Shown piece after piece: positions 50,191 through 62,645 of a stretch of 64,000 nucleotides of DNA. The translations under genes were made by a program, and so were the position numbers. Position 1 is the stretch's first letter. The number at the start of each line of letters is the position of its first letter. Below the pieces are notes generated by a model. It did not search any database, was not told the origin of the DNA, and saw only the letters and a list, made by a program, of their open reading frames with translations. This DNA is from Callorhinchus milii (Eukaryota), in contig NW_024704743.1 in NCBI RefSeq assembly GCF_018977255.1, forward strand, positions 3,846,001-3,910,000, read 5' to 3'.

Positions 50191-51960
50191 GTAAGGATAC
50201 ATTCTTCCAGTATCCAACCTCAATCGCTTCCCCAGCTTTACCCACCGCAAGCTACAATTCACTAAGAACAGAGAAACTCCTATTCTCTGCCATGGCATCT
50301 TTAAACCCAGCTAAACAACAGCAGATGGCATTTCAATTTAATATTTGATTAACAGTACTCCTCTTCCCTATCAGCTCAAATCATGAAGCAGGGGTAAACC
50401 CGTAAGCTTTAGATCCACAGGCGAAAAAGCTACCAACTAAGCAGGACACAATAAATTGGCCGAACAAATACATTGAACAAGCACATTACACTGAGCAAAG
50501 GCAGCAAAATGAGCCCCAATGGACTCAATTATTACAGGTTTGGTGCAACAGGCTTGCACTGTAGAATTTAAGGCCTTTTTTCTGCTGTCGCTATTTCCAA
50601 GCAACGTGGAGGGATTTTTCCTTCCCGTCCTGACTTATGCTCTCGATACTCATTGAAATTTCCCCCAAAAAAATTCAAATGAATTGTCTGTCCATCTTTA
50701 GGTGGGCATGTGTCGGTCACAGCCAGAAAACAAAACTTGCACAAAGGGTTTAGCCAAAAATAAAAGGTTTAGTTTGATAAGAAAGCTTATTCCCGTATTT
50801 TGTAAGCAAACACAGCAGTCAATTTGGGCACAGCAATATTCCACAAAAAAGCTGTGAAGGGAGTGACCAATTTTATCTGGGGGCTTTTTGACTCGGATAA
50901 CGTGGGAGAGACTTCCTTGTCTTTTCAAAATAGTGCCATGGGATACCTAACGAATCTCCGAACAGGCAGATCTTACCGTGGTTTAACGTTTCATTCGAAC
51001 CCTTTGACAACCCAACACTACACCAGAATGTCAACCTTCACTATTGTTTTGGAGACGTTGCAAGTGCAAATTCGCCACTGTGTTTACCTATTATAAGAGC
51101 CTTCGTTTCTGATCAATTGTGTTTTGGAAGTGCTTACGAGACATTCATTTAATGTGAAAGGTGATACATAAAAAAAGCAAATTATTATTATTATTACTAT
51201 TTTCTGAGGCATATTTTGAGCTGGCATTAGAATGTATTCTGCTTGCATCACCTTTGCATGATAGCCAGATAGCGTGTGAGGAGCTAAATCCTGCTCAAGA
51301 GAGCAAACAAGTGTTTCATTGCTAAGCTGGAGAACGTTAACCTTGTTAAGGGGCTGAAGGTGAAGCAAATACCAGGAATGGTTAACCAGTAGAATGGAGC
51401 AATGTGGTGTAATGCATTTATGACATCTAATTTGCAGGTTATAATGCTCCTTTTGCTCAAGTGTCGTCTGACCAAATTGTTTTTCTGTGACCTCTGTAAG
51501 AATTAGACGGCAATTAGGATGTGTCAGCTTTAACAAAGCCCGGTGGGAGTGATCGACCGCACCACCAAATTTCAGCCCCTCTACCACCATCCCCCCAAAC
51601 CCGATCCTCACCACCCCACCAACAACTGTGCAGCGGTCCCGATAAAGGGCCGTCGATAACAGCGGAAATGGTTCCCATTCGATGCCTTTCAGGCTGAAGG
51701 GGGGGTGGGGGGGCTTAGGAAGATGGTGCGGAATTAATGGCTGTGTAGGATTCTCATCAGGGTTCAGGAAGGCAAGACATTGATTGAGATGAGACCGCAC
51801 CTCATTATCATTGTTTGTCTTTGAAAAAGTTCCCGCTGGCCTGACGGATTAGTAGACATTACCGACTGGAAAAGAAAATGCTGAGCCTCGCAGAAAAATG
51901 ACCAATGAAGAATCTAATGAAAATCTAATGATAATGACAGAATACCTGTATGTTTTTGGA

Positions 51961-52380
51961 AGCCGGGTGTCTGACACATCCGGAAGCCCGTCACTATGCT
52001 TAAGAGCATCTAAGCTGGACTGAGAGTTCCATGAATGCCACCTACGGGTGGAAATTCCCGGAATGTGCAATCTCTCCACAGAGAGGTAAGCACCTTGCTT
52101 ACCTAATTCCGGAGAGTATTAGGCACAAGTTTGCAGCAGCCAAGGCTTGAGGCTCCCAGAACGTGCGCTGGGGTCACTGCTGCAGTTTAAATCAGCTAAA
52201 ACCACATTTGCCTTTGAAAGCAGTTGTCTGGCAAGCTTTCCCGCTGCTTGTCCAGCTAGGAACATCCAACCCATGATGGCTTTAACCTTCAGGGTTTAAC
52301 AGGAGCTGAGAGGGGAAGATTCTCTGCCCTCAGTGACCAGTCTGCTTCTCCATGACTTGTAGATGAGTCAGGCTGAACCA
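51961..52380 (+). mobile_element. Family X copy (5' part)
   Basis: Collinear with 21268-21640, 9720-9820 and 33150-33840. Confidence 0.8.
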
Positions 52381-54098
52381 GGGGGGTAATATGGTTGAAG
52401 GTTATTGTATGGGATTAAATATTCTGGATACAGATTAGACCTCGAGAGTTCTCCCAATGCAAACTCTGGAGAATCTCTCCTCAGGAGATAAAACAGTCAG
52501 GGTAGTGATGAAATGGATTGTACAATTTGTTCAGAAGACCAGGCTGTGCAGGTCAAACAAAATGTTCTCGTTCCTTACTATCTCAGGGGACGAAAAATTT
52601 CACCTGTGTCTGGATTCACTCTATTTTCTTAGCATTTCAGAGAATTTGGCAAATTCATAAATCTGATCAATTGGACCTTGGAACTGCAGTGCCAAGAAAT
52701 GCAAAGATTACAAGGTCCCTAGATCACAAGATCAGTTTGGATAAAGAAGGCCCTTCATCCCATTTGATCTCATCCTTCCAGAATTCCCACCCTACCATCT
52801 TCCATCCTGGCAACAAAAATCAAGACCAGTGGAGAGCAATGAAAACCTTTATAGAATATCTCCTCAAGCGACAAAATAATTTGGGTGCAAAGCACAAGGA
52901 GTGAATTATACATGGTCTTGGGACCGAAGGGACTTATGGCTGAAGGCTCTTTACTCTTTCCTCAAGTTAAAACGCACAGAACATTCTGCTGAGGAAAATA
53001 GGAGCAGGAGTAAGAGTAGGGCATCAAGCCTGATGGAATCATGGCAGACCCCACAATCCCAGTGATGATAACAAATAATAATTAACGTAAAAAATATTAT
53101 TTTTAAAAATGGGTCACTTCAATCCACGACTGTTTGTGGGACACTGCTGTGCGCCATCGACTACTGCAATTCACCTACAAAATATACCATCAAGTTAGCT
53201 TTGTATTTTGGATCGACTGTGCATTTTGTGGGCGAAATAAGCATATTCGCATGTGATGTTTAATAATATTCCTTGCATTTGATGTAGCGCCTGTAACGTC
53301 GGGAGGATGTCTCAAATCGTTTATTACAAAAGTGTAGTGACTATGTATTTTGTCAGCGAACACGGCAACTACTTTAATTTGCGCAGAGCAATGACACACA
53401 AAGAACCAGGATAATGAATGATCAGTTTTATCTGGGGAGGTTGGGCCAAGCCAAACTGGGAGAAACTCTTTTCTCTTTTCAAGTCGTGCCTCAGCACTGT
53501 ATTTGGTGTGTCAGCCTATAGACTATGCAAGTTCAAAGTCCTGGGAAAGTCAGAGAAACTGTCAATACTGCTATCAACTGTGGATACTGAGAAAAAAAAC
53601 TCTTACCTTTATGAACACTGATTATGGCTATGAAAATGAAAAATATATGGGATAAAAAAAACATTCAGCCCAGGAAACCCACTACTTCCACAGACAATGC
53701 GCAATCTATTCTATGATCGATGTTATCCCTAATCACTCTATCTCCAAAAGAACGATTCTGTCTAAATACTTCCAGATGTTAATAAAATAGAATGAAAATA
53801 GATGAACAAAACACGACGAGGTACAAACTTTCAGGTTTGTGTACTGAATCTTATTTATACTGGGCCTGTTGCTGAGAAGTTCGAACGGTGCCTACATATA
53901 AATATAATCTTTGATGCAGTTTTCTTAATAAGGTTCAGCAAAGGAAGGGCAACTTGACATGAAAAACCTTATTGCTCTAAGGCCTGCCCAGGAACAGTCG
54001 TCTATTATTAAAACAAATTATTATCTCCCCGGCACAGTTTATTTCTGCAGAATAAAGCTTCAAATCTGAATGGGGCTGCGAGCTAAAAATAAAAACCC

Positions 54099-54140
54099 AG
54101 AGAGAAAGAAAGAAAGACACAGAGCGAGAGCGAGAGAGAG

Positions 54141-54174
<34 letters not shown>
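54099..54174. repeat. (GA)n-rich microsatellite
   Basis: Imperfect then perfect GA run. Confidence 0.95.
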
Positions 54175-54177
<3 letters not shown>

Positions 54178-54938
54178 ATCTTGTGCAAGTTTAATGTGAT
54201 CATCTTTTGTGCCTACGTTGACTAAAATAGAAAGTCAGAGAAACTGTCAATACAGCTATTTCTCCTCAGGACCTTGCTGTTGGGAATGAACAATGGCTTG
54301 CAAAAAGCATAGGTTCACCCACAACATTTTCAATTAACACTTGGACACCGTGTACAAATTAATCCATGCTTTAATTCAGTAACTTGCGCAATGCACTTAG
54401 TACCAATACCGTTCAAAGGGTGGCACTGACTCCAGGCAGATCTTCCATCCATTAACCTTTTTCTACACCTTGAAGAAATCATTTCTTTTTGAAAGATTTA
54501 CAAAAAAAAAAAAATTGATTGATTGCTCGTGATCTTAGACTTGAAGGACTTTTGTTTTGTTTTGTTTGTTTTGCTTTGGGGAAACAAGCGCATTTTCTGC
54601 CACGTCCGGCACTTTTATCTCCTGATCTCCCCCACAACGACATTCTTCAAGACCTCCTATCTTGTCATATCTCGTATGCGGAGAAAGGAAATGGAGTCAA
54701 TAGCCCCAGTGCTGAATTCGCAATTTGCAATCGGGTGACGTGCGTCTGAATGACTTTCATTCCATTTCATTCTAACCTCAATGGGTGATTTTCATTGAAC
54801 CTCAACCAAAACGAGTAATAAAGGGGGAACAAACCTTACATTTGATTATGGCGCCTTTCAAGTCGGGAGAATGTCTCAAAGCACTTCACAAGTTACACCG
54901 TGAAGTTCAGAGGCTTGTATCAGCCATCAGGTGAAATA

Positions 54939-55270
54939 GGAGTCCGGTAGCTCAGTGATCAGAGCGCTCGCCTCACAAAGCGAGAGACCTGGGTTCAATT
55001 CCCGGCAGGGCGAAACCTTGGGAAGTTTCCTTACTCCACACTCCTAATAATAATTCCCTCAAGAAAACAATAATAAAATTGGTCACTTCAATCCACGACT
55101 GTTTGTGGGGGACGCTGCTGTGCGCAATTGGCTGCCGCGTTTCGTCCACAAATATACGGTCAGTTCATTTTATAATATGTTCTGTGAAGGCGCGATTCTG
55201 TGAGACTTCTAGAAGACGTGAAAAAACGCTATATCAAATGCAAGTATTATTATTATTATTATTATTATTA
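54939..55270 (+). mobile_element. tRNA-Ala SINE, intermediate form
   Basis: Central block deleted; tail GAGACTTCTAGAAGACGTGAAAAAACGCT. Confidence 0.9.
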
Positions 55271-56060
55271 TACCTGACAAATCACAAGATTAGTTTGAAT
55301 AAAGAAGGCAGATCAGCCGATCGAATACTCCAGAATACCCACCCCCATTTTCCCATCATCATCAACAGCAACAACATCAAGTTGTTTTTAAATGAGTCTA
55401 CTGGCTTTCCCTCAACCACCATTCCTGGCAGTTATTATTTATCCACTGGGTATCTATTTATCCTCTGGCCTGAAATTGCCATTTGCAATCCTAAACTTAT
55501 GTCCTCTGGTTCTACTGACTTGGTGCACTTGTAAGTATTATTCTGGGTTATATTTGTTCAATCCCATTTAAAATTTTATACTCTTTTGTAAGGTCCGCTT
55601 CGAATCATCTTCTCTTAAGACTGAAGAACGTTAGCTTGTTTAATCGTTGCTTGAAGCTCATTTCTCTAACACATATACAGGCGCCTTATCACGTCTTCGA
55701 GATGTCTCAAAGCACTTCACAGGATATGCTGTAAAGTGAATTGACCGTGTATTTTGTGGGCGAAACATTGAATGCATAGAGAATAGTCCCTCTGATACGG
55801 TATTAGAGAGCTGCCATCGTCTGCGGAACCGTACACAGGAGCAGTCAGAGTCTTTAAGAGAGCAAAAGGAAAAAAACGAAGAAATGCCCAAGAAATGATT
55901 CAGAGAAGAGCAACAGAGTTCAGGCGAGGTGATAGAACTCTCGTTTTTCTCAAAGTTTGGAACGCTGTTCAGATGGGTCCTACAATTAAATCTATCATTT
56001 TGAAGTGAACCATTTCTTTGTCTGTTTTTGGGGGGAAGGCATTGTGAATATTATACACAA

Positions 56061-56391
56061 TGGAGTCCTGTAGCTCAGTGGTTAGAGCACTCGCTTTGCA
56101 AGTGAGAGACCTGAGTTCAATTCCAGGCAGAGGGCGAAACCTTGGGCAAGTTTCCTTACTCCACACAGAGCCTAATAATAATCCCTTCAAAAACCAAAAA
56201 CAATAATTAATTGGTCATTTTCAATCTACGACTGTTTGTGGGACATTGCTGTGCGCAATTGGCTGCCGCGTTCGCCCACAAATATACAGTCAATTCACTT
56301 TGCAGTATGTTCTGTGAAGCGCTTTGGGACGTCCTCCCGACGTGAAAAGCGCTATATCAAATGCAAGGATTATTATTATTATTATTATTAT
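56061..56391 (+). mobile_element. Young short-form tRNA-Ala SINE
   Basis: Full length with A and B boxes, L2-matching stem-loop and (TTA)n. Confidence 0.95.
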
Positions 56392-56963
56392 ACAGTCACT
56401 ACACTTTACACCACTTTGACACAGTCTCCTGACATGAAAGGCATCACATCAAATGCAAGGATTTCGTATTGTTATTGCTGTTATTCCCTTGCTCGCTCCC
56501 CACACCCTTTAACATTTCGCCTCTTCAAGAATCTCTGAATCTATCAAGTTATTTTCTAACAGAATAGATTGTGGGTTCTTCCCAAATTATGCTTTGTGGC
56601 AAAGAACAAATTCTCATCACCCTCCGCCTAAAGTTTTTTTTTGATACGTATAACCTTCCCTTTAATTCTTTTATCTTAAATGTCTCTTTAAATTGTTTCA
56701 ATCCTTTTTGCAAAGCTTGCAGGTGAATCTCACCCTGTCGCCTTTATTACTGACGCTATTTGGAACTGTTATGATAAAAGGTTGTTAGAGAAATTGGTGA
56801 ATACATTTAAACAGAATGCCTTTCCTTGGGAATTTTCAAAAAAAAATATGGAGCCTGCGTCGAGTGCAATAAAACCTCGTCTTTCACAAAGAACTAAAAT
56901 CGTATTATTTTTGGATGATCAATTATACGCGTTTCACTGTGACCAACTAGTGAATATGCTCTA

Positions 56964-57008
56964 TGTGTGAGTGCGTGCGTGTGTGAGTGTGTGAGTGTGT
57001 GTGTGTGT
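56964..57008. repeat. Imperfect (GT)n microsatellite
   Basis: Visible directly. Confidence 0.9.
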
Positions 57009-57067
57009 TTTGCATGTGTGAGGGGCAAAAAAAGGTCTACGTCCAACCAGATCACTTCAAGGTAATA

Positions 57068-57245
57068 TGTTTGGCAACAGAATGTCAGAATCAAGTCCAT
57101 CCTCTGTGACGGTCTCCAGCTCGGTTCCTACACAGAATTCCAGATCACTGTTAATGACAGACCAGCCAGCCTGGCTCTTTGGTAAGACTCGGTGGGGTAG
57201 ATCAGTCACTCGGATCAAGGATTCTTCCCACCCATCTCCCGCAAG
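57068..57245 (-). mobile_element. Family X fragment
   Basis: TTTGGCAACAGAATGT...CTCTGTGACGGTCTC...GGATTCTTCCCAC matches the reverse complement of 21570-21740. Confidence 0.7.
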
Positions 57246-57540
57246 GGAAGATGGAAAGCGGGAAAGGGAAGGTGGAGGTGACTGTAGGTGCTGTTGAAGA
57301 GGTAGGTTTTACGATTTAGGATTTATAGACAGAAAGAGAATGCGCAAAAGGGAGAGGTAGAGGGAGGGCGTTCCAAAGGTTAGGGAGAGTAGTAGCTGAA
57401 AGCTTGTCCACTGATGATGGTGTGGAGGGGGCAGTGGAACACACCGCAAACTCAATTTGCCTGAGCCAAGGGACAAGCAGAGGAGTTGGGTTGGAAGAAG
57501 GTCAAAGAGATAGGGACGACCTTGAAATTAATCTGATACA

Positions 57541-57897
57541 ATAATATAGTAATAATCCTTGCATTTGATTTAGGGCCTTATCACGTCGTTGAGACGTCTC
57601 AAACCGCTCCACAGAATATACCGGAAAGTGAATTGACTGTATATTTTGTAGATGAAATGCTCCCAGCGGTGTCCCACGAACAGTCATGGATTGAGTGACC
57701 CAATTTCTTTTTAAGGGGTTATTTCTCCCCGGAAAAGCGATGTGCCAATTGACTAACAACCGGGTTCCTACACACTGCTGGGTAAACAGGGAACTGTGGA
57801 GTAAGGAAACTTGCCCAATGTTTCGTCTGCCCAGGACTTAAAGCCAGGTCCTCTCGCTTGCGAGGCGAGTGCTCTAACCACTGAGCTACAGGACTCT
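57541..57897 (-). mobile_element. tRNA-Ala SINE, long form
   Basis: Head, central block and tail. Confidence 0.9.
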
Positions 57898-60640
57898 GCA
57901 ATGCGGAATTTACATTAATAGAGTGCCTTTCACGTTGGGAGGATGTCCGGTTGGTGGAAGCCAGTGCAGCCTCGCGAGGACTGGAGTGAATGGCGTGCGG
58001 AGTTTGGGCGGATAAGAATCTGAACAGCACTTTGAATCAGATTCCGCTTGTGAGTGAGATTGGATATGAAAGGAAATACATTGAGCGATCTGTAATTTTA
58101 CCACTGAGCATTCTCCAGGTTCGATCATAACTATGTCACCAGATTTCTTATTAAATTCCAGGCATTGTTATGAATCTCATCTTAAAGGTAATACTTTTAT
58201 AACAATGTATTTAATATCCTCGAGGGCTGTTTTAAAAAGGCTGCGTTAAAGTATTAATTTTCTTGACGCCCCTTTGATTTACTGAAGAACGGTGACTTTG
58301 AGGAGCTCTGTGCAGAGCAGCGATATTTAAGTCGGATGAATTTTGTTTGGTAACCTTCTTAACTCGGAACAGGTTTTCTTATGCCGCGTGTTCTCACGCA
58401 GTCTAGGCTGACACTTCCGTGCAGCGCTGGAGGTGTGCCGCGTTGTTGGAAGTGCCGACCTTCTAAAGGAACATGAATTGGTCATTCCCTTCGGGGCTGT
58501 TTGCGTGGGACTTTGCTGGGCGCAAGTCGGCGATGGTGTTTGCCTACAAATGCAGTCACTGCACTCGACAGTGAATCCTGTGAAGCACTTTGAGATGTTT
58601 TCAAAACGCGAATGGAGCTACATCGAACGGGAGATTATCAAATGTCCGGGCCAACAATCCCCTCGAGTCAAACTGGTGACTCAGTCACCGTGGCTGGGAC
58701 ATCGCTGTGCGCAACTGGTTGCCGTGATTCACTCTCGAAATACGCAGTCAATCCACTTTACAGCATATGGTGTGAAGCGCATTGAGAGGTATTGACGATG
58801 TGAAAGGCGCCATATCAAATGCAAGGATTATTATTATTATTATTTTAACATCAAACACACAAGACAGCCAGTTTGCAAATGAAACTTCTTCCATCCGCAG
58901 TGGTTACGCAACATCTGTCACAGCCAGGTCTCTTTACTGCCTCTGGAAACTTCTGTTGGCAGCGAAATGCCAGGATCGGAGTACGCTGTCCATTCTCTGT
59001 TTTGCCGTCAGAGCATTGGTATTTTGAACGTAATTTGATTTGTATCAAAACCCAATCCAGCTTTGAAAAGGAAGACATTTTCCCTCTGGGGCGCACACTC
59101 CTGTAACATTTGATGAAGATATGTGAAGCCATTCGGGAATTATTTCACTGATGTCATCTCTGCTGTTATTAATGACTGCCTCGTCTCAGCGTTATGGGTT
59201 TGGAACGGGAAGAAAGTTCTACTGTAGGGAGTTAGAGGGAAAAAAATCGCTACGACTATGCCTTCCAATTGCTGAGATGTTTTCGGTGTATCATAGAAAT
59301 TACAGCACAGAAAGAGGCCATTCAGCCCATCGAGCCTCTGCTGATGATAACCTCATAGAAACCAATTACTACTATCCCAATTCTTTTTATCAAATTATTT
59401 CAAAATTGTTATTGTCAATGCTTCTCTAGAACTTTTTTGGTAGGCGGAGGGGGTGGGGGAGGCCGTCACTGGCAAACCTGAAGACGGAGTCGGTGTGAGT
59501 TGACAGTGACTTTCACGTTTCCTATTCTTCCCTCCACGGCTGAATTAATGGACTTATACAAATTTGTAAATCTAAATTGGATTGTTAAGGTGCTTCAGCA
59601 GCATCAAGTACTGATCATTCAAGGTGCCTCCTCACTGTCTGCTAGATTTCCATTCACAATAAAGCAACTTGCACTTATACAGTGCCTTTCATGTCGGTTA
59701 TTGTCTCAAAGCACTTTAGGAAAACACTAGGGATTACCGAGCAGAATAGCACAATAAATTGGAAGATGCATTTGCGCATTCAGTGCTAAGCTATTCAGTG
59801 TCCCGATGCAAGCTTGTTACCGTGAATTTCAAGAGTTCATCAAAAGAGTTTTGTTCTCCATCTCAAGACCTTCCTCATCGAACGTACCTTCAGTCATCTT
59901 TCCCCTCTCCACCCCTCTCAGGTCCAACAGTCGGGTGCCAAGCCAGGACTGTTAAGTGCCTTGGGCCATCGTGCCCCGTGAAAGGAAAGGAAAAATGTGA
60001 AAGGTGCTATATAAATGTAAATTTGTATTACAATACAATTGTATTGTTCTCTTTTGTATTGATAATATTGATACTCGCATTTCACATAGTGGCTTTTCAT
60101 GACGCGAGGAAGTCTCAAAGTGTTTCATGGGCTGTGCCGTGAAGTGTAGTGATTGCGGGTTTTGCGGGTAAGTTATATCTTACAAACCAAATAAGTTTAG
60201 ATCTCATTTTGCTCATTTATTCCTTAATTTTTTTTCCAAAAAAAGAAACAGCGAGTGTGTCAATGGCAGTAGCAGTGAAGTTGGGTTGGAAGACGAACTG
60301 AATTTATATATAATGGGGTAATGGGGTTGAACTAACCTCAGCACATAGAGTCAGTCACTGCTTCAGCGATTGAGCTATTCCAACAATTCTTGTACATCAG
60401 CTTATTCTCACACCATTGGGCCTGGTGACTGCTCTGGACCACTTCCTCTCATGATGGACTATTTTCCGTATGCCATTAAAAACCTAAGGCTAATTGCGAT
60501 GTGCACTATTGTGTCCGTAGAAACATAGCCATTTCCAGCACAGAAGGAGATCATTTTGGTCCATCACGCCTGTTCGTCTGTGATTTCTGGTTGGTAGAAA
60601 TCTGAAACTTCCCCCCCCCCCCCCACCACACAAAAAAAAA

Positions 60641-60826
60641 GCTGTGGATGCTGAATCCATTACAATTTTCAAGTCTGAGGTGGATAGATGTTTGTTAGGT
60701 CAGGGTATCAAGGGATATGGGGCAAAAGCGAGTAATTGGGGTTGAGGTACAGATCAGCCATGATCTTATAGAATGGTGGAACAGTCTCGAAGGGCTGAAT
60801 GGCCTCCTCCTGTTTCTATGTTCCTA
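60641..60826 (+). mobile_element. CR1 LINE 3' end (shark HER1-like terminus)
   Basis: GATCAGCCATGATCTTATAGAATGGTGGAACAGTCTCGAAGGGCTGAATGGCCTCCTCCTGTTTCTATGTTCCTAT. Confidence 0.88.
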
Positions 60827-60879
60827 TATCCCGCCACTGTCCCTGTTTGTTCGTTTGGAAAAATCTGACACGTTTGTTA

Positions 60880-61480
60880 ATCACACTTCGAGATCTTTTC
60901 CCTCATGCCCCTTAACGTTTTTTTCTCTCTCAACTGATGGTTAGGGAGTCAGTGACTGGGGAACAGCTATAAGATAATCACAAGGAGAGCGAAAGGAGAG
61001 CTTCGAAGAATTTGTTTCACTCAGAGACATGTTGGGATGTGGAATGCCCTGTCAAGTAAGTTGGTGGAGGCAGAGTCCATTGTGGTTATCAAGAGGGAAG
61101 TAGACAGATATATGAAGGATAAAGGCTTGAAGGAGCTTAGGGGATAAGGCAGGGTAGTGGGATTGAACGAACACCTCTACTTGAGAATGGGGCAGACTCG
61201 ATGGGGGCTGAATGGCCTCCTTCTGTGCTGTAAAGTTCCACGATTCTCAGCTTCTATCTGATTCCAGTTTCTGTTGAGCTGGCCATAGCAGCCGCTTGAA
61301 TCGCACTGCCTAACAACCAGTTGAGTGAAGAAATTCCTTCTAACCTCTCCCCTGATTCTTCTGCTAACAATTGTGAGGCAGTGCCTCCTTGTCACTGCTT
61401 CCCTCGCTAAAGGAAGTAGTTTTTCCCTATTATCCTTGTTGTATCCATCAGAATTGTAAACACTTCTATCATATTCAATA
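60880..61480. mobile_element. CR1 3' fragments, + then - orientation
   Basis: RNLFHSE/VGMWNAL on +; REKLLPLA...[11 protein letters not shown] on -. Confidence 0.8.
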
Positions 61481-61486
61481 TAGATA

Positions 61487-61820
61487 AATAATAATATTCC
61501 TTGAATTTGATATAGCGCCTTATCACATCTTCGAGACGTCTCAAAGCGCTTCACAGAATACACCATGAAGTGAATTGAGCGTACGTTTTGTGGGCAAAAT
61601 GCAACAGCCAATTGCGCACAGCGGCGTCCCACAAACCATCGTGGATTGAGCGACCAAATTATTATCTTTTTTCTAAGGGATTATTATCCCCGGAAAAGCA
61701 TTCAACTAACAACCGGGTTCCTACTTACTGCTAGGTGAACAGAGGGGTGTGGAGTAAGGAAACTTGCCCAAAGTTTCGCCCTGCCTGGGAATCGAACCCA
61801 GGTCCTCTCGCTTGCGAGGT
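61487..61820 (-). mobile_element. tRNA-Ala SINE, long form
   Basis: Tail, Deu fragment, central block and most of head. Confidence 0.9.
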
Positions 61821-61829
61821 ACTGCGTAA

Positions 61830-62645
61830 ATGCAAGGTACTGCATATGGGAAGAGGAGGCACGTGAATTTCATGAATAGGAAGAATAGAACTTGCCAAGG
61901 GAGAGCTGAAAGAGCTCTAGGCGTGTTAGTTCACTCATCGATCACCACGTCAAGACAACGTGAAGCAGCAATAAACGACATAAGCAAGCTCGATGTTGGG
62001 CTATATTGCCAGATCAGTTGTGTTCAGATCCCCCGGCATCAAATTCAAGCTATATAGCGCACTGGTTAGGCAGCACCTTGAGCACTGCATACAGTTCTGG
62101 TCTTCATGGCACAAAGCGGGCTGCCTGGGTTTGAGAGGCGGTGCAGAGAAGAACAACCAAGATGATCCACATTGTTTGAGGAATGAACCACGAGCATCGA
62201 TTAGACTGTTTGTGGGACGCCGCTGCCTTACCCTGACCATTTCCCCCCTCCTCGCTCCCTCCCTTCCCTCCCCTCACCCTGACCATTTCCCCCCTGCTCG
62301 GGTCATGACCCAACTGTGCAGCGCCTTGGGACGTCCTCCTGACGTGAAAGGCGCTTTATAAATGGAATCTTGTTGTTGTTGTTGTTGTTGTTGTGCGCAA
62401 TTGGCTGCCGCGTTTCGCCCATAGAATATACAGTTAATTCACTTTACAGTATATTCTGTGAAGCGCTTTGAGACGTCTAGCATTATCAATGATTGGAACA
62501 GGTTACCAGGAAACGTGATTGAGGTCAGGGCCCTGGACTCCGTGGAAACGCAACTCGATGCTGTGATGGGAGGATCGGGGAGGTAAGTATTCTGGAGATC
62601 AGACGGGCCAAAAGGTCTTCTTCATCAAAACCTCTCTTGTTATCT
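61830..62645 (+). mobile_element. CR1 ORF2 C-terminus containing a SINE (62203-62480) that contains an L2 tail (62226-62393)
   Basis: LGVLVHSS...MLGYIARSVVFRSPGIKFKLYSALVRQHLEHCIQFWS; CR1 resumes at 62481 (WNRLP) and ends GACGGGCCAAAAGGTCTTC. Confidence 0.88.
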
